A stretch of DNA of 64,000 nucleotides from Octopus vulgaris (Eukaryota). The position numbers and the translations under genes are program-made. The stretch is taken from positions 53,258,001-53,322,000 of the forward strand of contig OX597815.1 in assembly GCA_951406725.2 (NCBI GenBank). Direction: 5' to 3'. Shown here one piece after another: positions 40,629-52,738 of the stretch (positions are counted from its first letter, which is position 1; the number at the start of each line of letters is the position of its first letter). Below the pieces are notes generated by a model. The model did no database searches and was not told where the DNA came from. It was given only the letters and a program-made list of their open reading frames with translations.

Positions 40629-42212
40629 AGACTCCATAATGATATTGAAGCGAGTTTTTATGCGGATTTAGCCTTCCATCATTTTGGGATTGAGGAAATA
40701 AATTATAAATTTTTTTCTTTTAACAGCGATAGTAAAAAAGTAAACGAAGACTTACCATGCATAGAAGCTGAAACGAAACTGCGTAGCTAATTCTCGACTT
40801 TGGCAATAATGCATCTTTCAGAAGGAATTAAAAATGCAACACATTAGGCATTTCAGGAAGTTGTCCTTTGCTTCAATGCTCCCGTCACAGTTTTGATTGC
40901 GCACAAAGCTAGTTTTTGTACTGTTGAGGTATAGCGGTATATTAATAGTTCATATTTCATGGACACCGGTAGTAGGAAGGTCAACGGCTAGGGTAAAGCT
41001 ATCTAACTTGGCACAAAGCTACTATTTAATGAAGGGAGACGCTGAGTTGGTTAAATGGAATTGAACTCAGAACGTCATTAAATAAAACAATGTTTTATTT
41101 TCTCCACAGTTCTATCATCTCTGTCAGAAACGGCCTTTCACTGCATTAGATATCGATTCCTAAATTTAGCATGAGGCCTCGAACTTTTAAGGGAAGCCAC
41201 GAGAGACGGAAGGTACACTCATATATGACAGAATATCAGATCAGAATATAAAGGAACATACTTAAATGCTACCAGGCAATAGCTCCATCCCTTCTCCCCT
41301 TTCTTTCTACCAACACTGCCATACACCAGTCTTAACTATGTTAAAGAATGATTCATTAGTTATGGGAAAAAAAACTACAGATTTTGGAATTGGATCCTGT
41401 AAGTTAACTATAATCATTGACTAGTATTTCATTTATCCGCATCGGAAAGTTGAAATGTGATGGTCACTCTGGTTTGATCTGAACTCACAACATATAAGAG
41501 TATAACTAATTACCACATTATATTTTGTTTTGTACTATACAGAATCTGCTATTCAATGATCTCTGCGTTAAATATTAAGCAATATCTTATGATAAAAACC
41601 GGACTGTTTTAATGACACAATCGATGAACGAAAAGCTCTTACATATTTCAGCAAAAGACAGGAAATACAAACAATTCGTAGTGTGGATCCTTTGAAGTAT
41701 TATTTTATATTCTTACTCTCTTATGGCGTCTCTGTGTTACCAAAACAAAAGTTACCAGCTGCTTCTATAACATTGCATTATCGAAGCAAACATCTGCTGC
41801 TGGATATTTCACTATGGTTGACATCACTTTCATTTCTTTATGTCAAATATGTATTATTGATTAAATGATTTGTATGATCAATATCTATCGGCTAACAATA
41901 TAAATGAAAACTCATAAGCTCATAAAATCGCTTCATGTGCATGTAGAAGAGGCTGTAAAGTAGAAGAGATTGGATTTATAACTTTGATTCCACTCCAGTA
42001 TATAACTACTTATTTTCTTTACTCTTTTTAAATCTCTAACTAATCGTTGGATATGCTAGACAAGTCAGCTAAATTTCCTGTCTATATATCTATATAGAAA
42101 CATACATATGCACTTACACATAATATACACGCATATATTTTCAGGTATAAGCAATGTACATATGTATGTACACATGTATAACTCTTATATATATATATGA
42201 TGGTATGATACT

Positions 42213-42242
42213 AGGTGTTTCAATTATTTCGTCCAGCCTCTG
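42213..42242 (+). mobile_element. solo Tc1 right terminal repeat
   Basis: 28/30 identical to 44183-44212, same orientation, followed by TA. Confidence 0.7.
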
Positions 42243-42389
42243 TATATATATATATATTTAAATGGATGAATGAATTATCCTATGTTTACCGTTAACATGG
42301 AAAATTCAATAAACCGTTACCAGGGTAGCAAAATTCACGTCAGAAAAGGTAGAAACTCCGGGTAATTTGTGTATTATAAAAAAATAAAT

Positions 42390-42703
<314 letters not shown>

Positions 42704-43684
42704 ACTACTGCCTTAGATATTCTGTATGATAAATGGCAAGAAAAACCTCTCTATGGCAAATACCCAAAGAGAGCGAATAATGCAGATGTTGACAAAGCCC
42801 TGACCCATCAATGGCTAATAGCCTCTGGCTTAAAATCTAAAACAGAAGGGTTTATCATAGCAGCTCAAGATCAATGCCTACCAACAAGGAACTACCAGGC
42901 CAAGATATTAAAGAACGGCAGTAGCCCAACACGTCGTGTATGTCAACAACAAAATGAAACCATTGATCATGTTGTCTCCAAGTGCAGTCTTCTAGCGCCT
43001 ACAGAGTATCTCAACAGGCATGATAGAGCTGCATAATATATTCACTGGGTAATCTGCAAAAACCTGGATTTGCCCCATGAAAATAACTGGTGGGAACACA
43101 AACCACCTCCAGTGCTTGAAAATTACCACATCTCACTCCTCTGGAACTTCACCATTCAAACTGACAGAAAGATAGATGCAAATAGGCCAGACATCATATT
43201 GAAAGACTTCAATCAAAGAACATGCCTCCTCATTGATATGACTGTCCCAATCGATATAAACGTATCTGTCAAGACCTACCAAAAACTGAGTAAATATAAA
43301 GATCTTGAAATATAAATCAACAAAATGTGGAACCTGAAGACTAAAACAATACCTGTTGTCATAGGTGCCCTGGGAATGATAGCAAAAGGGGCTGATTGCT
43401 ACCTAACTCAGATCCCAGGAAACCCCAAAATGGCAGAAATTCAAAAGATAGAGCTCATGGGAACTGCTCATATCCTACGCAAAATACTTTCTATGTAATC
43501 TCAAGTTTTAAAACAAACATAATTTTTGTATGTTTTTTTTTAGATCATTCACTAGTACAACACTAAATATAAAACCAAATATATGGCACACTAGGCATAA
43601 CAACACGAACTTCCAACCTGTTATCTCTTGAGGTCTCTGGGTGAGACTTGGAGCCAACTTGTACAAATATAAAGCAAAAGTCAA
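42704..43684 (+). mobile_element. R4/Dong-type element, second copy of subfamily 1 (pseudogenised)
   Basis: Near-identical to 34078-35085; premature stops ending at 43036 and 43315; CRVC changed to RRVC. Confidence 0.93.
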
Positions 43685-44212
43685 TGATCTGGGGGGCTAT
43701 ATATTGGAAACCCGCCGGCCCAATGGTTTTCCTTCATGGCATAATTGAAAGTCAAGACTATTTAAGCATTTTATCTGATCAAATTCATCCTATGGTTGCG
43801 GAACTGTTTCCGAAGGGAAATGCAATCTTTCAGAATGATAATGCAGCAATTCATACAGCTAAAGTTGTTACTGAAAGGCATGAGTAACATTCTAGCTGAC
43901 CATGGCACGAAGAACATAAGCTGAACATCTTATCTGGCCACCACAGTCCCCAGATCTCAATATTATTGAACATTTATGGTGCATTTTAGAAAAACAAGTA
44001 AGGAGTCGATATCCTCTACCATCAGTACTACAAAGCTGGAGACTGTTTTAACTGAAGAATGGACAAAAGTTGCTTGGAATCAATTCGAACTTTGCACGAG
44101 TCCATACCTCGTAGAATTCAAGCTGTAATTGCAGTCAAAGGTGGTCCTATCTCATATTATAATAGATTTGTTTCAAATTTTAAGGTGTTTCAATTATTTT
44201 GTCCAACCTCTG
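43685..44212 (+). mobile_element. Tc1 (DD34E-type) transposon 3' half with right TIR
   Basis: MIWGAI, FQNDNAAIH, WPPQSPDLNIIEHLW, SIPRRIQAVIAVKGGP; ends ...tttgtccaacctctg|TA. Confidence 0.9.
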
Positions 44213-44218
44213 TATATA

Positions 44219-44278
<60 letters not shown>

Positions 44279-44281
<3 letters not shown>

Positions 44282-44385
44282 CTGCTCGCTTAGCCAGCGG
44301 GGTGGCGTCGTTTCAAGGCTAAAGCAATACGAAGCGCATTGTGACCAGCGATGTGTAGCAACATCTGAGAACCTGGTCGGTAATG

Positions 44386-44390
<5 letters not shown>
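44279..44390 (+). mobile_element. short GC-rich insertion in (TA)n; probable SINE/LINE 3' fragment
   Basis: About 110-bp block with sharp (TA)n boundaries on both sides; strand and family inferred. Confidence 0.45.
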
Positions 44391-44442
<52 letters not shown>

Positions 44443-44504
44443 ATAATATTAGGGAATAAATCCAAACTTACAGGGAAAAATTAGATTTAGGATTATATAT
44501 ATAT

Positions 44505-45079
44505 AAGTTCAGCAAAAATTTAGATTCGAATGAATATGGTACTCAATTTAGATGCACCAGAATTTTGTATAGTGTCATCCATAAAAATTTGTTGGGTGAT
44601 TATAATCAAAATGAGCAACAATAATGACTCCGGTAATTTAGTACATTCGTTTCGTACAACATCATTTTATTAAATGTTGTAAGTATTACAACAGATTTAA
44701 GATGCTGAGTACTCATCAGCCAATTATAGAGGTTTTCCATTAATACAAAAGTTTTCAAATCAAGTGGCAACATTATAGAGAAGGTAGATATACAAACAAA
44801 GATGTAGATTTAAATTTTAAGAACATATGAGCTAGTGAAGTCCTTCCACTGACTGACCAAGATATGGCTGATCCTAACTGCTATAAGGTTAGAAGTAATA
44901 AAGATTTTTTAATTGTAGAAATGGGGTAAAGGAGGTTTCAGAACACCATAACAGGAATTCATGTTGAAGACAGCAATTGCCACTAATAAATGCCAATTAC
45001 TACTATTTGGTGAGAGAAACCTAGTTTCTCTCACCAAATAGTAATTTACCCCATTTCTACAATTAAAAAAGCTTTATTA
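44505..45079 (-). mobile_element. Penelope-like element 3' end/pseudo-LTR with 5' inverted duplication
   Basis: Contains an HHR; minus-strand SGNCCLQHEFLL resembles the PLE C-terminal CxH..xFLL; fold-back at the truncation point; TA-flanked. Confidence 0.55.
44634..44727 (-). ncRNA. type I hammerhead ribozyme with extended stem II
   Basis: Minus: taattgg CTGATGA GTAC tc AGCATC ttaaatc TGTTGTAA tac TTACAACA tttaataaaat GATGTT GTAC GAAA C-gaat-G TA ctaaatta; all core nucleotides present. Confidence 0.75.
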
Positions 45080-45403
45080 TACATATATATATATATATAT
45101 ATGCTAATCTCTAAATTATAGTAGGTTTAATACGATATGCATTTTTTCTAAATATAACATAAGGAAATAATGTCATTATATTTAGTATTGATATAAATTT
45201 GTTAAAAATGGTTTATATTTTATGTGGGAAATCTATATGGTCATCTGGGAAGAGCGCTTTCTTTCAAATTGATGTAATGTTTTCATTGATCGAACAAATT
45301 GAGCCGCTCGAAACAGCCGCTAAGTATTGATACCCGGACATCCTTCTTCCCTTTTTACATTCTCTCTCTCTCTGTAATAATATTTGTATGTGTATATATA
45401 TAC

Positions 45404-45458
<55 letters not shown>

Positions 45459-45464
45459 TGTGTA

Positions 45465-45940
45465 CGTTTCTGTGTCTATGTTTGTCCTCCCCCACCACCG
45501 TTTGACAACCTATGCATGTGTGTTTACGTCTCCGTAACTTAGCTATTCGACAAAAGGCGATGCTTCAGCACCGTCATGAAGGGTTTTAATCGGATAAATC
45601 GATACCAGTACATATTCTATCGCCCTCTTTTCCCGAGCTGCTAAGTTTCGGGACGTAAACATACTAGCGCCGGTTGTCAAGCGGTGAGGGGGCACAGACA
45701 TAGGTACAAGAGCAGACACACACACACACATACACACACACATACACACACACACACATACACACGCATATACATATATGGCGGGCTTCTTTCAGTTTCC
45801 GTTTACCAAATTCATCGACAAGTATCTGGTCGGCCTGGGGCTATAGTTGAAGATACTTGACCAAGTGTTACATTGTGGGACTGAAACCGGGACCATGTGG
45901 TCGGGAAGCAAGCTTCTTGCCACAAAGACATGCCTGCGCC
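45465..45940. mobile_element. two SINE family B copies tail-to-tail (+ partial 45465-45556; - 45557-45940)
   Basis: ttgacaacc..gtttacgtc..cttagc on plus, then its reverse complement plus head on minus. Confidence 0.75.
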
Positions 45941-45957
45941 TATATATGTATACATAC

Positions 45958-46022
<65 letters not shown>

Positions 46023-46572
46023 ATGCAATCATTTATAATACAGTTGCACGTGCCTTTTGATAGCACATCAGGTGCAGAGACGTTCAGAAACTTAACTTCT
46101 TTGTAAACACTAAATGGACAATAATAGTAAAAAAACAAATACATATAGAATCTAGAACAATAAAAAGGAGGATGATACTCAAGAAAAGAAGAACAATGTA
46201 AATATTTAGTAATGGCTATACATAAGATATTTCTATCACTATTTGTATTCCATAATGTCGGGTATTCAAATAAGAAAGCCAACGTGTCTATGACCTTGTT
46301 CTGTATATGACTTTGGTTTTATTTCAACCGAAAGCTTTTGTTTAGTCATTGATGACAGCTGATTGATGCTGGTGCAGCAGTTAATAAACTAGTTTTTCTA
46401 TTCACATAAATTGAACAATCGCATGTTAACTCAGACTTAACGATCCGCCGGATAATGGCGGGAACCTTCCGGAAATATTTTAACTACGGGATAATCTTTT
46501 GAAGGAAGAGCGTGTGGATTGTTGATGTAACTGGGTTTGAGTTGTTTTTCTATCATTATACGTATATGCGTC

Positions 46573-47350
46573 GGTGACATGGCCGAGTGGTTGCTTCATT
46601 TATTTCGCAGTCGTAAGTCTCTGGTTTCGATTTCACTGTGTATCTTTCAAAATTAGCCTTGGGTCGAACCGAAGCTTATGAGGGAAACTGGTTAGACCAG
46701 GGGTCGCCAAACGTTTTCGACCATCGACCCTCTTTAGCCACTTCTCCTTCTGCATCGACCACTCTCATCATTTAGAATATCTTAATAACCTACCGTACCA
46801 TATCTTAAATGTGTACCGGGTACTGATGATGGCAATTAAAATGTTGGCTAATATGTACGACAAACTGAGAAATTCTATTGTACGTGTACGAGTGTACGAG
46901 TATACGGTATTAAACTTTCAATTTTTATGAAATTGTTTTTATGGTTAGAAAAAATGAGAAACGCATCGTATTGCTGGAGTATCTTTTATTGAAATTGACA
47001 ACATCAATGTGAACGATGAACATGGCACTAAGTATTTCAAGCAGTTTATCACAGTGAGCTGGTCTTTTGCACGCCGACCCTCATTCGACCCTTCGCTATC
47101 ATCGACCCCCTGTAATTCTTCATCGACCCCTAGGGAGTCCCTCGGACCACCTTTGACGACCCCTGGGTTAGACGGAAACTACGTAGAAGCTCGTCGTACA
47201 AACTATTATTGTAATTTAAAACCAGCCTCTTCATTCCCTGTGTCATGCTGAATCTACACGAGAATTGCTTGTAATCGTGTCTTTAGAATACTTAGATAAT
47301 TTCAGTGAGTAAACAAATTAAACTGATGGAATAACTGCAGTACCCATCTA
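46573..47350 (+). mobile_element. tRNA-derived SINE (B core + C tail) interrupted by a hAT MITE
   Basis: A box tggccgagtgg, B box ggtttcgatttc; sequence resumes after the TSD as ggaaact..agaagctcgtcgta. Confidence 0.7.
46698..47165. mobile_element. non-autonomous hAT transposon (MITE), 468 bp
   Basis: TIRs caggggtcgccaaa / tttgacgacccctg; perfect 8-bp TSD ggttagac (46690-46697, 47166-47173); subterminal tcgaccc repeats. Confidence 0.92.
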
Positions 47351-47488
47351 TTTACATTCTTATGTATAAGCCCACGCACGATAGTTTACGTACGTATGTA
47401 TGCAAGCATACAGAAATGTATGTATATATATATTTAAGGCTGGCTGACTGGATAGATCGATATGGAAGAATGTGTTTATATACAAACG

Positions 47489-47686
47489 CACGAGGGCGTT
47501 CTGGAAAGTTTTTGGCTTTAAGGGTGTCGCGAGAGGACTGATTGGAGGCCTAACCTTCCGAGTTCTCTTACAGGGCTTAAAAAAACTGAAGGACCGCTGC
47601 AGTAAGTGAGTGAATCTGAGAAAGGAATGTGATAGATAAAATCATACTTAACTAATGCTCCTGTGTGTCAGCACCCTCTTGTGTAT
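47489..47686 (+). mobile_element. mariner-derived miniature element
   Basis: Left end acgagggcgttctggaaag, transposase C-terminus LQGLKKLKDRCSK.VNLR, right end tcagcaccctc. Confidence 0.55.
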
Positions 47687-47746
47687 ATGTATATATGTAT
47701 GCATATTATTATGCGTTTGTATGTATGCATGTATGTACATACACAC

Positions 47747-47829
<83 letters not shown>

Positions 47830-47850
47830 TATATATAGACATATATTTGT

Positions 47851-48013
47851 CATTGCTATTATGTTATACTGTCGTATGTCCAAATTTGGCCAAATGCATG
47901 TTTTTCATTATTCACATTTGCTTGCAATAGTTGGTTCTTTTGGTCAAACTATCGCATCTCCAGCTGCTTCAGTTGCCAAGATATAAAAATTGTCAAAGTG
48001 TAGTACAACGGTT
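47851..48013 (+). repeat. dispersed repeat, inverted partner at 57618-57766 (DNA transposon end-like)
   Basis: tatgtccaaatttggccaaatgc..ttgcttgcaata..ttcttttggtcaaactatcg.atctccagctgcttcag..aaaaattgtcaaagt.tagtacaa shared. Confidence 0.8.
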
Positions 48014-48562
48014 TTGCTATGGAATGGTGAAACTATTTTTTCGTCTTCTGAAAATCAACGTTTTGAACTTACGATACTTTTGCACAATAGCAACGATATA
48101 TATAGATAGGAACAAAAAGATGACACCGGAAAGAAACAAAGGTTATATAATGAACTTCATTAGTTTACAGCTGTTTTTGCTAGAGAATGTGGTGGACTTA
48201 GTTGAGTCCTATAGCTTCGCCAGAGCCTTGATTATGAAGTGGACTTTATTTGGGAAAATTACATTTTTAGAACATACAAGCGTTAGGAGTGAAAACGTTG
48301 ATGTTGATGTCGAAGGAGAGATCTGTCCAAATGTAGAAAAAAAGTATGCAAATATATGCAAGCGTTTACACCAGAATGAAAAAAAGAAAACTTACGCAGA
48401 CATATAGTCACGCAGAGATGGCAGAGATACATGGGTAGACGCGCACACGTATACACACATACATAGATTTATACGTGCCCCTGCAAAGGGTATTCATACA
48501 CACAACCACACACACAGAACAGAAATAGAGAACGTGTGAGTGTGTGTGTGTGTGTATATATA

Positions 48563-48594
<32 letters not shown>

Positions 48595-49253
48595 CAGTCA
48601 CGCATATGTATGTAGTTTAGATGCGTGTATATAGTGACAAATACTTTGGTGAAAGTAGGTAGAGTGGCGGACGGAATGTTTGTCGCTTATGCCTAAGCGA
48701 AATATTTATATATATGTCTTACTGGCAGCTGGGCAAGTTTAGAACTTACAAAGAATAATTGGTTTGATGGTTACCGAATAAATAGAAAATTTCAGACAGT
48801 TTTGATGTTTTGCAATTCAGTGATCAAATCCGCTCACATAAGAAAAGAATTGACCTCTCTTATGTGTTTTTATTGTTTTCTGATGCACTTTAGTGTCTTG
48901 GCACGCATTTACTTTGAGTGAACCTAACCACTCCTATCACTTCTATCTGAACGTGGTTGCCTCCAAGCTTATTCACGTGAAAGTACTCAGAATACAAACT
49001 TCCTCAGATGAACTAAATGTAGACAGATTTGCCAGTCGAGTTCACACTTTCAACCACGTAGAACATACTTGATCATCGCTTGGGTGTAATTCACTCATTA
49101 ATTCTTTAGCGTTAAGATGAATCCCACTTTCAGATTTAGTAACATTATTTGTAACACATTCAAATCAAATTGTCAAATTTTCCAGTAAACGAAAATAAAT
49201 ATTGTAAGAGGATGAAAAAGGATGGGTTGGAGGGGTGGCGGAGGAGAAGGAGG

Positions 49254-49331
49254 AGGGGGAGGGGGAGAAGATGTAGAAGAAGAAGAAGAAGAAGAAGAAG
49301 AAGAAGAAGAAGAAGAAGAAGAAGAAGAAGA
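49254..49331. repeat. (GAA)n microsatellite
   Basis: Directly visible. Confidence 0.95.
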
Positions 49332-50272
49332 AATGAAAAGAGAACGGGAACAATAATATGCTACCAGCAAGTAAATCTTCAGATATAATTTGTCCTTTTA
49401 AAGTCCACTTGAAAATATTCTTAAACGTAGAGTTACCTTTCTGTAATTTACACCATGGCACATCATTCAACGCAGTTGCATTTTAAATATCAAATTGCTT
49501 TGACAGAAATCAGCAGTGTTATAGAATTCCAGGAATCTTGCATTTCTTTTCATTTTTACCTTAGATCTTGCGATTTAATTTCACGCGAGTTCTGTTCCCG
49601 CCCATTGCAAATATTCAACTATTTCTTCTGCAATCAAAGCCGAATTTCATTTTCGAAACAATTATTTCCAATAGACTGAGGAATTAATGAAATTACATCT
49701 GATTCAGCGACTATCGTCGAAGCAATTTGTGTTTCAAACGATCCAAGAGATGACGACATGCGGATCAGTTGAAAACAGTTATTGACCCGGCTATCTGTCT
49801 TGCATCAATGCTGTCATGAACTTTCCACTGACATGAAGTTACTGATGATGATGATGCTGTGATGGAAATATTCTTTTACACTTTCCATCAAGTGACTGCT
49901 TTAATTATAAAAGCCATCGCTTATGAAGGAATGTCATTTCCTATACGACTTATTCGGATTATATTCTTAGTATGTAAACATATACATTATCAGTGTGTTT
50001 AGTGACTTTTATAAAGCTTTCTTCTTTCTCTAAGTTTGATTAGTGAAACGAAAGCAAACAATTTGCAGTTGTTTTCCTAAAAGTATGGAAGGACATTTTG
50101 ACAAATAGTAAACCATGCAAGGTCTGAGAATAATGACGGGATAAGCATAGCTGGAACGTCTCTGATCACATCTTCTTGGGCATATTACAAGGATTGATCA
50201 AGATTTCAAGTAGCTGTTGTATAACAAGAGCAACAGCTTGAAATCTTGCAATAATAGAACTGGCATATATCT

Positions 50273-50298
50273 TGCTGCTGCTGCTGCTGCTGCTGCTG

Positions 50299-50385
<87 letters not shown>
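50273..50385. repeat. (CTG)n-(CTA)n-(CTG)n microsatellite
   Basis: Directly visible. Confidence 0.95.
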
Positions 50386-50386
<1 letters not shown>

Positions 50387-52490
50387 AGTTGCTGCAGCTA
50401 TTGCTGATACCGTTGTTAATTGCTTCAAATATATGTTCTTGTGTACAATAATTCCTTTGACCAGAACCTATCATTTGGGGACGCGTTGTTGTAAATAGCT
50501 AAGTGTATCACAATTCAATTGGAATGACAAGTCCAAATATAATTAAAAGGCTGCTACAGGTGGCGCTTGCACAAGAAAGGGAGGGAAAATTCAACACAGA
50601 GAACAGTAAGTTAAACGGATACCCGATATCACTCAGAAGTACGTGGAGTTAAGAGACTTAAGAGGAATCCCAGATATTAACTATTGCCCACACTTCCTGC
50701 ATCGCTCGTTCTTCCACTCCAAAAACCGTTGTCTTAATTTTTTGCTTTATTGTCGTAAATATAACTACAATTATTAACGTTATTAATACTAAGTGAACAA
50801 AATCAGGCTTGTGTGTATGGGATGTAATAACTTTAGAAGTTTAGGAAGCATTTAATTCTATATGTGATGGTATTTTCTAGTCTGTGCTATTTGGTGCTGT
50901 CCCTTGGATCATTTTGACCAAGCTGTCTCTTTTTTAAGAAAGTCTACTGCTTCTAACATTGGTACGTGTGCGTGGATGAGTGTGTGTGAGAGAAAGAGTA
51001 TGCGTAAGTGTGTGCATACGTACACACATACACGCACACGTATGCGCACATACACACACACGCACGCATATACACACAAACACACACACACACGCACGCA
51101 TATTTCCCAGTGGAACTTCAAAAAAATCTAAGGAAGAAAGTGTCTGCCTCAATCCTTTCAGCCTCATCTATCACATGAACTCTTTCGCCTCAACCACAAA
51201 ACAGAGGAACACCGCTTGCTCTGCCAACTTAAAGATGGTTAGTTGATCGATCCTCTTGATTGACTGGGCCGATTTGCAGATTTGTCCTCTACGCAACCAT
51301 TGTTTTTCTACATAACTGGCTAAATAAACAACCATCTTAGAAAGGCAGGATTCCGTATGCTTGAAAATGAGTTGATGACTATGACTAAAAACTCTTTGAT
51401 TAGTAGTTTGATCAATGTGGCTAAATAGCAGCAACCGCAGCATCGACATCTACAACAACGACGACGATGATGACGACGACGACGACAACAACTGCCCAAT
51501 CCTTCCTCGACTTGTTAGAAATAGTAGCCAAATCTCTCTTAAATCACACTCAATTTTCTTCAAAAAAGGGTTGGAGATATATCGTTTAATAAAACCTCAT
51601 ATATACTGTTGCTGTAAACAAACATTGGATGGCCAAGGTCGGCATAATTAACCTGGGGACTTACAGCAACAACGACGGCATAAAAGTTTAAAATCCGTAC
51701 ATTTCAACTAAGAACCAACAGAGATGAAACAAAATATTGTGAAGGACGCATTGGATAATGTACTTCCTGTTATATTATGTCTGAAAAATACCCTGATGGT
51801 TATAGATGGAATCTAATCCCAAGTTAGCTTCAGGATTTGATCTGGTGCAATGACTTATGCATACATTGCAATACTTAATCTTTTAGTTGCAAATGCTGTA
51901 TTGCTAAACATCTAGGTGGAATGACGTATAAGTACTGACTGAGTACACCAATGATCAAAGGCATCCGAAAGGTCTCCATTTTCTCTAAATTATATTATTT
52001 GTTCGTCCTTTGTGTCTTAGAACTGGATAAATTCATTTTAGCACCCCCCCACGTAACAATCAAACACACACACACACACAAATTCGCTCCCCCCTCTCAC
52101 TGCCTCTCTCTCACATATATCTTTGCTTAAACACTCAGTCACATTTAATGGTCTTCCAAAATAATTTTGATAGTGTTTATTTTCTACAGATGGATAACAC
52201 AACTGACAAAAGAAAAACACCAGAAAATAATAATAAGGAAATGACTGAAAAAACATTAATATCGTGATCTGCCATGAACTTCGAACATCCCAGAAAAACA
52301 GCCCTTTTTACTGTTGGATAGCATGTCTACTGACCATAGAATAGAATACAATGTCAACTATTCCAGAAAAAGATCCCTTTCTCTCTTGCTTTCTTTCATA
52401 TTTTTCTCCCTGTAATCAAGCCTCCAAAAATTCACCATACATTGTGACACACACTTGCGCGCGCGCAAGCACACTCACACACAATATAGG

Positions 52491-52540
<50 letters not shown>

Positions 52541-52563
52541 ATGCATCACTTTTCTCTAAAACT

Positions 52564-52610
52564 ATCATCCCTGATGAATCTGGAACTAGAAGAAAGCGCT
52601 AAATAAATAA
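52564..52610 (+). ncRNA. hammerhead core with broken stem I
   Basis: CTGATGA a TCTG-gaac-TAGA a GAAA GCGC TA; palindromic GCGC stem III loop; flanks do not pair. Confidence 0.45.
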
Positions 52611-52705
52611 TTGTCCAAAATTTTGGTTACCTCCCTTTTCTTAATATATAAAATATGTACACCACGTCAAGCAATCTACACGATCACACACGCACATACC
52701 CACGC

Positions 52706-52738
<33 letters not shown>

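Noticed and set aside
47931-48407. 158-aa ORF
   Set aside because: Overlaps a dispersed repeat end; no recognisable protein motifs.
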